From positions 22,196,001 through 22,260,000 of the forward strand of contig OZ249447.1 in assembly GCA_965235115.1 (NCBI GenBank): a stretch of DNA of 64,000 bases, read 5' to 3'. Under the pieces are notes generated by a model. The model worked only from the letters and a program-made list of their open reading frames with translations, did not search any database and was not told the DNA's origin. The position numbers were made by a program, and so were the translations under genes. Source of the stretch: Laetmonice hystrix (lineage: Eukaryota). Within the stretch, counting starts at the first letter, position 1, and every line of letters starts with the position of its first letter. Below are positions 20,207-33,842 of the stretch, piece by piece.

Positions 20207-20868
20207 GAGGTTGGGGGAGAGGAAGCTGTACCTGTGGTAGCGTGGTGGACTGGTCTTACAGAGGTTGGGTGAGAGGAAGCTGTACCTGTGGTAGCGTGGT
20301 GGACTGGTCTTACAGAGGTTGGGTGAGGGGAAGCTCTACCTGTGGTAGCGTGGTGGACTAGTCTTACAGGGAGAGGAAGCTGTACCTGTGGTAGCGTGGT
20401 GGTCTGGTCTTACAGAGGTTGGGTGAGAGGAAGCTGTACCTGTGGTCGCGTGGTGGACTAGTCTTACAGGGAGAGGAAGCTGTACCTGTGGTAGCGTGGT
20501 GGACTGGTCTTACAGAGGTTGGGTGAGAGGAAGCTGTACCTGTGGTAGCGTGGTGGACTGGTCTTACAGAGGTTGGGTGAGAGGAAGCTGTACCTGTGGT
20601 AGCGTGGTCGACTGGTCTTACAGAGGTTGGGTGAGAGGAAGCTGTACCTGTGGTAGCGTGGTGGACTGGTCTTACAGAGGTTGGGTGAGAGGAAGCTGTA
20701 CCTGTGGTAGCGTGGTGGACTGGTCTTACAGAGGTTGGGTGAGAGGGAGCTGTACCTGTGGTAGCGTGGTGGACTGGTCTTACGATGGTGTGAGAGGGAG
20801 CTGTACCTGTGGTAGCGTGGTGGTCTGGTCTTATAGAGGTTGGGTGAGAGGAAGCTCTACCTGTGGTG
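20207..20868. repeat. 54-bp minisatellite, about 13 units, including 46-bp variants
   Basis: GGAAGC unit starts at 20221, 20275, 20329, 20375, 20429, 20475, 20529 ... 20850. Confidence 0.95.
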
Positions 20869-21399
20869 GTCTGGTCTGGCAATCAGTGACAAAGCTAAAC
20901 AGATGAAGGAGCTTCTTAAAATGAATGTCAGAAACTTGCCATATTACTGAATTATTTACACCGAATAAGAACAGTAAAAATTGGCCTGAAGAAGGAAGTT
21001 CTCTAGGTTCCTACATGTGTGTTTGTGATTGATATAAATGATGATGATAGTATGTTGGAGGAGTTGTGTATGTGTTAGGAATGAATGATTATTGCCGCTT
21101 GTTAGGACGGCATGAGTCAGAAGGAATCGGTGCACGTGAAACGAGAATCAGGATGAATTGTCTGCCCGGATGAGGAGTTACAAATGATAGGATATTTGTT
21201 CAGGTAATAAATCTATCTTAGAATGGCAGATTTTCCTGGCACCAGTAGGGAAATGTTGGCCCGTTGCCAGTTGTCTGTACAATTCACTGAAGGCTTCTAG
21301 TCCAGGGCAGTAAACTGCTGATAGGAAAATAAAATTCATAAGTACAGTATTGTTTGTAATTAGTGATGCCGTCCCCTGGTTTTGTAATCAACCTCCATT

Positions 21400-21760
21400 A
21401 TAGGAACAGATGATCATGTAATCCAGGTTTCTAGATTTTCCATGTAGGTCAAGTACCTTGCAAATACCTCTTTACCGATTTGTTCAGGACAATTGGCTCA
21501 ATGGTAAATTTCCAGAGCGAGAGTGTGTATTTGAACTAAATACGGAGGATAACAAAATTCATTACTTGTGTATGAAAACTTGCGAAGCAAGCATCCGTTA
21601 TTCGTTGTTTTCAACTGCCACGCAAATGAATCCTGCAGGGTGGCGAGTGCAGCATGGCAATTCCACCCGAACTGCCAGTTCAGGATTGTTTCCAAACAAC
21701 AGCGCTCAGGCTAAAGGTGCAAAAAACCGACCGATGATTAGCACTGCAATTTGATGTCTT
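21400..21760 (-). mobile_element. Possible decayed Penelope-like GIY-YIG endonuclease remnant
   Basis: One minus frame reads CRIHLRGS*KQRITDACFASFH...F...SLWKFTIEPI, followed by PGLH. This loosely parallels the PLE pattern C..QYVGETK..L..RF.EH...HF...HS..D..I.PI...P.GLN. Multiple stops. Confidence 0.3.
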
Positions 21761-22869
21761 AAAGCCGAAAAACATGGAGAGGAAATTCAACATTGATTTT
21801 GAAACTGATGCTAGCTTATCATGGTGCATTGTTAGTAGATGATTTACTATCAGTGTCAACAAAGGTTTTACCTGGCGAAGCATTCAAAATCTTCGATGGA
21901 AATATGCCTACGTCATGCTCGCAATTGTTGTTTATCATGTCAAGAACCAGTAACCCTTCCGCATTGTGCAATCAGCGCAACTGGCAGGGACAAATACTCA
22001 ACGGATTTTATCTAATAAATTGACGTGATGAAAAATCGCACCCAAATGGAACAAGCAATTTCAACTGGAGGCCTCAATTAGAAGGTGGCCTGGAAGATCT
22101 GCTCCTCATTTGGATTTTCTTAAAGAGAAGTTTAAAAGAACAAGAATGACTTTTTAACGCTGCCATTTTAAGGAGTAGATTTTCTTTGTTTGGGACCAGT
22201 ATTGTTGGGCGTTTAAGGAGTGTTTTCTCCGTGTGTTCCAGGAGGAAGTTGGAGATTACAGAAACAGCCTTTTAAGAAGCTTTTAGTGTAGCACACCATC
22301 TGTTACTGGAGACAATGGGTTACTGTCTCCTCCCTTGTCGTCAAGCTACAGTTTTAATACAGTACCTACAGAACAATGGCACACTGATCCGTATAGAGTG
22401 TGAGGCCCGATACCCTACCACTTCAATCCTACCGTAATATGTTAAATATGTAAACACTGGGATTGCAACACGATGAACGTCTTCCAGACTATTAAGTTAT
22501 CATGTGTATTAGCTTCAGGGGAGTAGAATGTAGAGGGGGTTGTGTTATTGCCCGGATAAATTGTCTGCTGGCCTTGAGGCGGCCTGCTTTCATGGAGCGC
22601 CGATTATAACGAGGGACCAGCACAGACTGGTCGGGATACGGAGGGTGTTAACCAACAGGCCATTTAGTACATACTTCCTCCAGGCAGTTAGGTCTCACAA
22701 CTCTTGTGTGAACCGTAAGCGGTTTGGTGAGAGAAATGTGAAGAATGTTGCGCAGCCTTCCAGGGGAAACATCTGTATAGGCAGAACCATACTCCCAGGT
22801 TTGTTCACATTGTCCAAGTTTCAGGTGTCCCTCAGAGGGTGTTTATAACTTGTCGGTTTCTCCAGTAAT

Positions 22870-22998
22870 TCCGTACTCGTGTCCGTTGGGACCCGTGATA
22901 AAATAGGTCCCTTTACTCGATTCTTACTATGTTTTCGCCGTGAAGATGGCTTTCGATACCGACACGGCGTAAAACCACCATTACTCACTCACTCACTC
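22870..22998 (+). mobile_element. Probable SINE 3' end with (ACTC)n tail
   Basis: ...CGATACCGACACGGCGTAAAACCACCATT followed by (ACTC)4; no tRNA head seen. Confidence 0.3.
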
Positions 22999-23109
22999 AA
23001 ATTCTCAATCCCACGAACATGACTCTACGTTCATCAAATCTAGCGTCTCTTACAGTTCAAACAGACAAACATGAAATGAAGAACGTTTTTCAGAGCAGAA
23101 GAGAAAGAG

Positions 23110-23584
23110 TTGTGTGGCACACGATTGATGGCTCAATGCCTCCATGTATTCTCCAGTACCAGGCCCGGGGTTCGAACACAGGCGGGTTTGTGTGGCACAC
23201 GATTGATGGCTCAATGCCTCCATGTATTCTCCAGTACCAGGCCCGGGGTTCGAACACAGGCGGGTTTGTGTGTCACACGATTGATGGCTCAAATCCTCGA
23301 TGTATTCTCCAGTACCAGGCCCGGGGTTCGAACACAGGCGGGTTTGTGTGTCACAGGATTGATGGCTCAAATCCCCGATGTATTTTCCAGTACCAGGCCC
23401 GGGGTTCGAACACAGGCGGGTTTGTGTGTCACAGGATTGATGGCTAAATGTCTCGATGTATTCTCCAGTACCAGGCCCGGGGTTCGAACACAGGCGGGTT
23501 TGTGTGTCCCACAATTGATGGCTCAATGCCTCCATGTATTCTCCAGTAACAGGCCTAGGGTTCGAACACAGGCGGGTTTGTGTT
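23110..23584. repeat. 78-bp tandem repeat x6
   Basis: Unit starts at 23110, 23188, 23266, 23344, 23422 and 23500; each contains GGGGTTCGAACAC. Confidence 0.95.
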
Positions 23585-25803
23585 TCTCTCGAAGGTCATT
23601 GAGATCGTTTGGAGGACGAATGAGAGAGGGAAGCCCAAGGATCTCGATGACGAGATGTCTTTGAAGATTAAAGGAGACGTTTTGAAATCAGCGGCATCCT
23701 TAGAGACGCTGCCAGGCACGGGCTCCTCATCACCTGACAATGCTATTGTTGCCAGGTCTATTTCTTTGATCTCTGTCCATGTTGGCTGCATCATACGCGG
23801 AGAAATCCACTGAGTTATTATTTTCATGTTAAACCATAGTTGAGATGTATTGGGTTGAGATACCCCTTGTAAGAAAACTTATTTTATTAAAACAGACTTG
23901 TTATGATAATTCACTGGTAAAACATGAGATCATTTGCTGAAGACGTAATTCGTGGTCATGCTTCATAAGAGACATCCTTGGACAGAGAAAGGTTTGATTT
24001 GTGTCAAATGGCGCTTAAGTCTACCAAATATATTTTGATTTATGTACGGAGAATGAATTTATTTGTAGCGCTGTGTGGTCAGTATGTAAGGGTGTGCCTC
24101 CTGGGGATTACAGAGCTGTCAACACGATCACATAATGTGTACGTATTAAAATGGTTTATGGGAAAGTTGTAGGACAGAATCTGAAATTGAAATCTTTGTT
24201 TAAACGTGTTATATGTTTGTTGACACGTATAAATGCAGATGCATGCATGCTGCGATGTATGAATAGAAAGATATATTGAAAAGTGGCGTTTTCTTTAACG
24301 ACTGCCGTCCGTCGCCATCGATTTAATGTGTCGTGAAGCCTTACAAAACGGAACATTTGTCTTCTTTTGATGTGATAGCAGCGCTATCACCGTATTATAC
24401 GTTAGCTGCCCTAAAATGAGCCCATATTGACCGAGCGACACAAAACATTTGGTTAAGTTACGTGTAAGGTGACTGGATGGCGTCAGTCGCAGTAATCTAC
24501 AGCCTCCAGCATCCAACTGTCGCCTTGTATGCCTGCCAACAACATCTTCTACACTCTGAATTCATTTCATCGCTGAGAAATGCATTCAGTCAGTCTCCAA
24601 ACTGTGACATCCTTTCAGGGTGGCCTTTCATTGCGGGTCCTTCCTGTATCATTTTGCCATCGTGCCAGAAAAATGTGAATGCAACAAAATTAGTAACAAA
24701 CCCAAAATGTGTCTTTAGACATAGAAAGGTATGTGTTCATTAGGTTTTCGTAACTGAAAGAAGACAATAAAAACATACATCAGTGAAAGGCTAGTTCTTG
24801 TCAGAAAATAATATCTAAACAAGGTTTAATTATGGGGAATCAGTGAACTATTTCAATGTTAAGACTTGACTGAAAATGTAATTGAAGTTTGTGAAGTAGT
24901 ATTATTATATGGCAGACCAACCCGAAGCACGTTTTCAAAGATTGCTATCTGCCGCCTCCCGCACCCCTACCACCCGCCACTACACAACACACCACGTCAT
25001 TCCTGGCGCCCAACCGTCAACAGTCGTCTGCCATCCAATGGAACTATGTTCCACTGAATACCATGAAACTAATGTTAAGTTCATTTACCATACTTTAAAT
25101 TAGCATCTCTGGAAATGCCTAACAATGTAAAAAGTAAGCAGACATGGTCTGTTAATGAGAATATGAAGGTACATGTTTATGCATGTCAATGTCTCTGGGG
25201 ATATGCTGTGTACACATTTTTGATTGAGTTTAGAACTTCTGATGAAAACTTTATATTGGGTCAGTACTAGTAGCAATAACGTGACAGAAATTGAGACATC
25301 TCGTATAAGATGTAGACGATATCGGACAAATTACTGACAGTTTACTTAGCCTTCCGGTTTGTTCATCTCGTTCCAGACGGACTATTTCCCACTGGTGAAC
25401 ACATTACATTTTTAACTGAATTCAAACACGTCATTAATCCCAAGGCAATGGAACGAACCAACTCGGCCTTATCTCTGATATGGAATTTATCTCCATGAAT
25501 CCATTCCATCACATAGGGCCAATTTCTCTTATTCATACAGACCATTTCCACCTTAATTCCTGCATTCTAATTTCATGAAATTGATTGTAAATGTAATGAT
25601 ATTTAGCTGCTAATTAGAAAGTCCTCAGAGTGAACACATGACATGGTCTTCATCTGTGAGCGCCTGGTATTGGGCATGAAATAACATGAGTATTTATAGT
25701 TCTGGCTCTGGGACACACAGGAGAGATGGCACCGGACGCCACAGGAGTCAGCCAGCTACGGTCCCTGCTCCAGCTCCAAACGAATGTGTTCTCCTGATTA
25801 CAG

Positions 25804-25992
25804 CCTCCAGCATCTGGTCTGGAGGAAAGTGAAGGAGCGGGTGAGGTCTGCCAAGGCCTCCTGTACCTGTCATAACCCTGGAGGAAGGTGGTTTGTCTCC
25901 CGTACCCGGGCCGGTGGTCAGGAGGAGGGGTTGCACCCAACTCACCTTTGTCAGCGGAGCCAGCGGGGCGGGCTACTGCCGACACGATACGG
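25804..25992 (+). other. Possible 189-nt symmetric internal exon
   Basis: Acceptor TTCTCCTGATTACAG, donor GG|GTGAGA, one open frame (LQHLVWRKVKERVRSAKASC...); no homology recognised. Confidence 0.2.
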
Positions 25993-28900
25993 GTGAGAAA
26001 TCACCGCGGCCCCATGATCTGCCCACCTCAACTGTTGTCACTGTCATCTCTCCAAACTCATGCTACACTCCCTCAGTCAGGGCCGTTGGTTTCAGAAGTA
26101 GAAGAATGTAAGTTACATGAGTTTGGTCACAGACCTTGTCAAACGTTGCGAAGTTGTCCGTATGCACTTTGAATAATTTTGGCCGCGGCCATAATTGCTT
26201 TGGGATTCTGCCGAGAAACTGACATGGTTATGAAATATGACTTTAGACAAGTTAGAGGCGGGGTTGGCCAAGGGGCAGTCTGGCCTTCACGGGAACTTTT
26301 CAGTCTCCATGACAACCACGGGTAATGTCAGGGAATATGGCGATCCGACCTGTCAGCCGACTTGACAAGGACTGTCTGGGAGCATGATGAGGAAAGCTTA
26401 GCCAGGAATCAGCCGCGATGAAAGTCGGTGGAAATGGCGGGAAGGGAGGGGGGAATGGGTGACAGGAACAGCTGCCGCTGTTGCATCAGAAGGACAAGTC
26501 CTTGGGTAGATGTAAAAAGTGTTCATTGCGTTGTTGACCCGAAGGTCAGATCTCGGCTTGAACCGAGGGTCTGCAAGGTCAATGTTCTGACCTTTCATAT
26601 GGTCGTCAGATGTTTGGGGTAGAGGGACATGTCAAGACATCATGACCCCCAGTGTCAGTGATGTGCCAGGGATGCTGCATTCAGGGGGGCATTAACCAGG
26701 ACAGCCAGGGTAGAGAGCGGGGAGTAAGGAGGCTATAGCCGTGCTCATCTCCCTCATCAATTATCTGCTACATGACCTGTCGCATGGCCAATCCCCAGAA
26801 AGGCCATGCTGCATTGACCAGGACACAGCGCTCTGATGGCCGTCGTCATGGGCCAACGTCTACCTAATGGCCGATTGATGGCCAGCTGGACCGTAGGGTT
26901 GTGATCACAGGGGGTTGGACATGGTAAGGGCTGACCGCACTCAGTCCACAACCCGCCCGCCCGGTCGTCTTCAGGACAACCCGCCGATTGAGGGGCAGTT
27001 TATGGATATTCTGTCATATCAGTGAGGGGCTTGGGGTCGTCGGCTCTATGCAGTATTTCGACCTAACCTAATGTGTCAGTGTCTCAGTCTTGTGTGACTA
27101 GATGGGTATCAGCGAACATAAAAATGATGGTTTGTTGAGAGTTCGCCCCACACAATCTTTTGACGATCTATCATGAAAGTGATTTTCATTTTGTATGACT
27201 TGACTGGATTTTATAAGGTTTCTGTTGAGAGCAAGCTGTGGTCAAGTGTAGGGTAGGAGATTTACCGTGAGTGACGTCACCACCGCATCACGTGACCGTG
27301 GTCAGCCAATCCTGATGATCTCGAGATATTTGATCATACGGCTAGATTTCTTTATCACCGGTTTTATAAAGCGGACCAGTGGTCTTGACGTATGTTATAA
27401 TGTACTATCAAACTGTGAATAGATGTTTCTAATTTTTTTATTTTTCCTAAACGGATAGAGCCACCTGTATAGAACTTCTTATCACACTAGGCAGATCTCT
27501 TTCGTTTATACCACATTGCATCTAAAGCTATAAATACAAATGAGGTTAACATCTTTTTCAGGGTAAGCGATTTAAGATAGCGACAGAAGATAAAAATAAT
27601 TCAGAAATACTTCAAATTGTCGAGATAATGTGGCCGCTGTGACTATACCCTTTAACACTGTCAGCTTCTGTTAGTTCTGTTGTAAATTTGTTACAAAATT
27701 TGGTCGGAATAAGTCGCTATATTTAAGTCCAAATGTGTCAAGCAAGATTTGTAAGTCGAGCAATCTGAAACCAGACTCCTCACTAAGAGCCGAGTGATCA
27801 AGGCCTGCAGCATATTGATAGAGTCAGGTCTCGTGGACTAATCTTATCAAAGCCAGAGATCTGCTGGAGTTGTCTGGGAGTGTCCATTGGTGGTACAAAG
27901 GCCAACCTCAGTCACCCTCATACAGTGAGGGGATTTAGGCTGGGGTGTTGGGTAGGGGGTGGGTGTATTGTAAGGCTGGCCGACAAGTCTCTGGTGCCGC
28001 CAGGCCCAGACTTCAAAGGGCGGTCTCGTGTTATCGGGGCTGATTATCTTTGAAGTTGGATTAACCGTTATGCTCCATTAATGAATGTCTTTTAACGAAC
28101 ATGTGCTTCCCACGTTCCTTGTCGAAGCTTCTGGAGGGGATTTGAATTTTAAATCATTACCGGTACATCTTGGCCGCGCTTCTAATTAACTAGGAGGGTC
28201 TTGCCTGTTGGGAGTGGGGGGTGGGGGTGGGGGGGGGGGTAGACAGGGAGGTAGGGTCAGAACTCTGGTTACCAGCTGCTTTCACAGCGTGTAAATCCAC
28301 ATCCAACATACCATACTTTAAAAGTAGCCTTAGGTATTTACTTTCCGTGCTGTTAAAAAGTAGCAACGATAGGGATGAAGATTTGGTCCTTCCAACTTCA
28401 GTTTCTATGGTCTGTACTTTGATGGTGTTCAGAAGTTAGTTTGAAGTTGGAGAAAAAAGAAAAAAAGGTCACCCTGGAGGCTCGCCAACCAATTCTGAGA
28501 GCTTCAGATCCAATACTTATCCTGACCGAGTACCTTTTGAACCAGCCAGATGATATAAGATGAGATTGCGAAAAGAGAAAGTTATTCCCTAATGGCTCGC
28601 TCTCTCTTGCCCCCCTTGCCCCCCCCCTGCCCCCCCCCCCCCCCGCGTCTTTCATCACCAGTGTATGGAGCACAGACCCGGTTGCCCTCCTCCCCCGGCT
28701 GACTCAACCATGAAATGTCACATTACCATGCTGTGTTAGTATCGGACCTACCATGTGGTCTTACTTGGGGTACAGTGTGAACTAAGGACAGCTGTGGCAC
28801 GGCTCGGCCAAGGTCGATAATTAAAACACAGAAAATACTCTCATCTTCTTGGTTATCTTGGATAAAGAGAAAACAAGAGGACAGAGAAGAAAACCAAATG

Positions 28901-30024
28901 AAAAGTTTTTCATTCTAACACAATGTTGTCAGCAGACATCCTGATTGGTCTGTCTGTCGCGGTGTATGACGTAACCATGTCGACAAAACAACATCATAAA
29001 ATGTCGCCAGTATTTTAACAGGAAAGTAAAGAAGATATAAGGGACATCATCAAAGGTCCAACGTTTGATTAAAATGTGTCTCTCGTTGAGTTGAGTTGAA
29101 GCAACGAGACTAGACACTGAAGGTATGGGGCAGACGGTGTGGGTCTGGGATTGATTAAGTCTGTATTAACTCTTCAGGCTGGGACCGACATTAAACATGT
29201 CTCCCAGACACTAACGGTTACTCTGACCCGTATCTCACGTTTCATTCAGGACACCAGAAATACCTGAGTCATAGAACCGAACCTCAGAGACAAAGTTTGT
29301 ACCACATCAACTTGTGTCTGAAAATGGATTATTGTAGTGTTGAGGTAACGGAGTGGAGTGGAGTTTGTCTCTCTATGATGAGCCAGGCTTCAATCTCTTT
29401 ATGTGTGACACTTTTCAATATGAAGTGATCGCTGGAGTGGTGCAAAGGCAAGCTTCTAATCTTAAGACGTCTTCAATAACAGCAGGGTTTTGTGTCTCGT
29501 TCTCCAGTGCTAATTAGGTGACCAGCTTTTTACAATTAAAGGCTAACATCAAAGGAGTGGCAATTAGTTAAGAGACTCAGTCGCTACTTACGCTAGCCTG
29601 GGAATCATAGACATCAAAGCGTTCAGTGTGTAGGCTATTTACCGGACAAGAAAACAGGATCATCCCTTTATTTAGTTAAGGCACAGCACGCGACATTGGG
29701 GCGAAGCGTGACTTGAGCGAAACGCCATTCTGTAGGCAGTATGACAATATTATTTCTGGACATGTGCTGTTAATCAGAAAATTATTATTGCCATTTCACA
29801 CCCCCACGAGACTTGTTTTAGTTTTCCACAGATTTTTTAAATTGGAACCGCATGAGTCGTCTAACTCGTGATGTATTGGTTTCAGGAATTTATTGGCTTA
29901 CTCTTAATTAGATAATGATCTGAATAGAGTTATCAAAACATCGATGTCCTGTTGTCACCGTAGCTACATAGTAAACTTTGTATTCAAATATAGTAGAAAC
30001 TTTGAAAACGGTTCGGTCATGAAT

Positions 30025-30243
30025 ATTGTAGGAATATGGTCGCATTATAGAATCGCGGGAACAATTAGGTGTAAATGAAGATTGTAGGAATATGGTCGCA
30101 TTATAGAATCGTAGGAACAATTAGGTGTAAATGAAGATTGTAGGAATATGGTCGCATTATAGAATCGCAGGAACAATTAGGCCTAAATGAAGATTGTAGG
30201 AATATGGTCGCATTATAGAATCGCAGGAAAAATTAGGTGTAAA
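30025..30243. repeat. 56-bp tandem repeat, about 4 copies
   Basis: Unit starts at 30025, 30081, 30137 and 30193. Confidence 0.93.
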
Positions 30244-30802
30244 GTGATAACCTGAACATACTGACATCATTTAGAATTTGTTCTACCTTCTACATTTAGT
30301 GTTTAGTATCAACTTGTTAATATGTATGTAGGAAACATATGTGGAGTTGACGTAGTTTCCCATTCTACAGCATTTTCACATTTTCACTTGAAGCCAATCG
30401 AGTGGTACTGACCTCGAAGGACATGAGGCAGCAGTGGTGGCGGTGGCGGTGGTAGAAACCGATATATAAGTTGATAAGAAGTTAAAGTAGACAGGATTAA
30501 GTGAGATACGGTGTAGTAGGTGAAGCCTTCGTGAAGCCAGTAGATTCGGCATCGACCCATCCAGACAACCCCCACGGCTGCCTACTGGTACAGGCCAACA
30601 AACACAGAGCCGGGCTGCCCAGTATCAGATGGTATCTCCAGGGAGAAGGCCAAGCTCACTCTGCCAGAGTTGGCCAAGCAAAGCTAGCTTGATCAGGCAC
30701 CAGACATGGGCTATACACGGATTCGGCAGATGGGGATGGTAACAGTAAATACGATTGAATCTCAGGCCTGGTCACGGGTTGGTGTGTGTGGTAGCGGCGG
30801 CT

Positions 30803-30853
30803 GGGGTTGGGGTTGGGGTTGGGGTGGGGTGGGAGGGGTGGTAGAGGGTGGGG
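30803..30853 (+). repeat. (GGGGTT)n-like G-tract cluster
   Basis: GGGGTT x3 followed by further G3-G4 runs. Confidence 0.8.
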
Positions 30854-33440
30854 TGACGTGAGCAGGGATAGGATGATTCAGCATGGCGATTGCATGTGAA
30901 TGTCCCATTGAGGTGAAGTGATTGTACAGGCCCCGCCTCCGCACACCTGAATGGCGTTGTCAAATTGAAAGGACATACCAACACAGAATGTTACATCAAC
31001 AGGCAACCATGGTGAATTCTGTGTGAAAATGGCTATTGTTATATGAAACTAACAAATACTGTCCGCAATTCCTCTCCGTGTCACCCAGTTATATGATTGC
31101 ATGCTTCACATGACTTTTAAACTCTTTGAAATGAACAGAATGGTACCATTACCTGAGCTTACCAACCTGGTATTCGCGACAAACTTAACACGGACGTAGT
31201 ACTATCAACACTGACGTGATGACCGATGAATGTGAGAGACAGTAAATGAGAAAGAACTCTGGAAACGCTAAATATCAACAAGGGACGTCAATTGTTCCTA
31301 TAGCATGTGAGTAAAGTAAAGTGTTAGGTGGTCTACTACCACATTGGCTTGTTCAATCTGCAGAACAAGGATTGATTTCGAATTTATTTTACGGAGTAAA
31401 TTTTCGGACGGACTTTTGTTAAGGTACATCCTGGCAATGGATAACAGAGAGGGATATCTGTGTCTGGGATTGTTACACTTGTAATAAAATAAAGTGGTCA
31501 GCCGGGAAGGTGGAATGGTGTAATACTTGACTCTTCTCTTTCCGACATATTTTAAGTGCTGTTTACTGACACTGGTCTGAGAGTGTTATATTGTCGGATG
31601 TGCCCTGAGTCAGCGTGTCCAGTAGCAGCCGCCTGTACAGTCTCCCACCGTCCGTTGACCAATGAAATCTGCCACAATGTCAGAATATACTAGCCACAGG
31701 TGCCATCCAGTCCGCCTAATATACCACAGCCATAGCTGTTCTTTATCCAATCCCGTCTTCATTTATCAAACTCCTATTGCCTAGAAGAAGTTAAAGGATT
31801 TTTGTCTAACACTTGCCCCCTTGTAGACTAAAAACGTTACCGGTTTACCCTGGCGCCGTCTCTGATCCGTCTCTCCGGAGAGTGCCGCTGTGGCCAGAGG
31901 CATGCCCAAATAACTTAATTTGATATTGAACTGAGCTATCTGGCTGAATCTGCGAACACTTAGGACGTATCATCGGCCTATTGCCTCGTCGTAAGACCCA
32001 TTAAAGTGGGCGCTGTTTTGTCTCAGACTTTGACCGCCTCCTGCCGCGCTGTTTTTCGAGAGTCAGAGTGCAAAGACATGAGGTCTCCTGCTGTCCAGTT
32101 CGGCGTTATATTGTAATATCTACAAATGGAAGCGATGATTCATCAAGGCTTTAGGGGAAATGAAGAGAAATGGAGAGGAGAATGGCAGACCAGCACGCCG
32201 CAGCCCTCGGCCTGGAGCCGGGTCCATTAGGACTCGGAGTCCATGTGTCCCAACAACAACCGCTCCTGTGAGTTAGCGGCAAGTCCTAATGCAAATAGAC
32301 TTGACCCCCATTGGTAGATCTTAATGGATGCGGTCGTCTTTAAATTCACTGAATCAATTGGGTGTAGTCATGTGCTCTGGTATCATCTTGGATATTGAAG
32401 GCCTGCGTAATTGACCGTTTAGATCCCTAGCAATCTTCAATTATCGGGAACCAGGAGAAATGGATCAGTGCCACTTACAATGTAAGGTGACAAAAGTAAA
32501 GGGGGGTTGCTGAACACCCGTTATTACAAAAGGTGAAAGTTCACCTTCCATGCCTTCACTCTCTGCCCGGGAATTAATTTCCAAATGAGAGGAAAATGAT
32601 GGAGTTTTTGTGTGAGACCCAAGCTTAGGTTTCTGCATGCAGAGATAAGACCCCCTCTGACTCACACTAGCATCTCTCCGCATTTTTTTTAGAGTCATTG
32701 TCTGTATTGGAGTCACCTCCGAAATCGATACCTGATGATTTGCAACACAAGGTACACCTTATCTGTAACAGTAGATAAAACTGTAATTGTGCATTTAAAT
32801 GTGATGACAGACTTCGCAAAACTTATATTTAGGTTGAAGGATCGGGAATCAGGGGGGGTTTCTCTGGTAGCGTTTTAATTTCTGTAACGTGGTGAAGAAT
32901 CCTCGGAAATGCCCTTTTCAGGCCTCACACAAAGCTATCCATTTCAAAAATGCATGAACAAGCAACAAAAAGAATTGACCAAATTATTTTTATGAGAACA
33001 AAATCTTATTTCTTAGGTTTCTCCTGATTACAATAACACACACGTCATCAATATGCAAATAGAATGCTAATTGTTTTGTAATTATTATTCATAAAAGGCA
33101 AATGAGCCAATAATATGCTTTTGCATTTGAAGCGTATCAGTGTGACCTTAGCAGTTGCAAGTCGTCTTCAAGGGTCACAGTGGCCCCCCAAGCGGTGGCA
33201 GACTAAATTGGCGAGGCACTGAATCATGGCAAGCTAATTTGTCAGGTACATGTATGAAAGGGTCCAGCTCGCCCCCGGGTCTAAATCTGCCTTCTATCAA
33301 ATCGACGGCAGTCTAGGATTGAAGACAATCCGCCTTTCAACCATTGTATTTGTACCGAGATCCACTGAATTCGTGAAGGTCAATGGATTACAGGTCTCCT
33401 CGTGTGGAACAATGTTTTCCAATCATCACAGCCCTAGGGC

Positions 33441-33842
33441 TTCACCATTGTGAAGTCTGTCCAGGATCTACTTCAAAATACCAAACTTACCGCTGCACGT
33501 CTCTCCATTCACCATTGTGAAGTCTGTCCAGGATCTACTTTAAAATACCAAACTTACCGCTGCACGTCTCTCAATTCACCATTGTGAAGTCTGTCCAGGA
33601 TCGACTTCAAAATACCAAACTTACCGCTGCACGCCTCTCCATTCACCATTGTGAAGTCTGACCAGGATCTACTTCAAAATACCAAACTTACCGCTGCACA
33701 CCTCTCCATTCACCATTGTGAAGTCTGACCAGGATCTACTTCAAAATACCAAACTTACCGCTGCACGGCTCTCCATTCATCATTGTGAAGTCTGACCAGG
33801 ATCTACTTCAAAATACCAAACTTACCACAGCACGCCTCTCCA
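33441..33842. repeat. 67-bp tandem repeat x6
   Basis: Unit TTCACCATTGTGAAGTCTG...CTCTCCA, 67-bp period; each unit starts with a TTCAC-CATT-GTGAA mini-hairpin (one variant). Confidence 0.95.

Noticed and set aside
20364-20906. Long ORFs on both strands (also at 23019-23664, 39366-40472 and 51460-52439)
   Set aside because: All arise from stop-free tandem-repeat units.
23597-23813. Protein-like frame VIEIVWRTNERGKPKDLDDEMSLKIKGDVLK after an AAG acceptor
   Set aside because: No canonical donor before the stop and no recognisable family; equally plausible frames exist on the minus strand.
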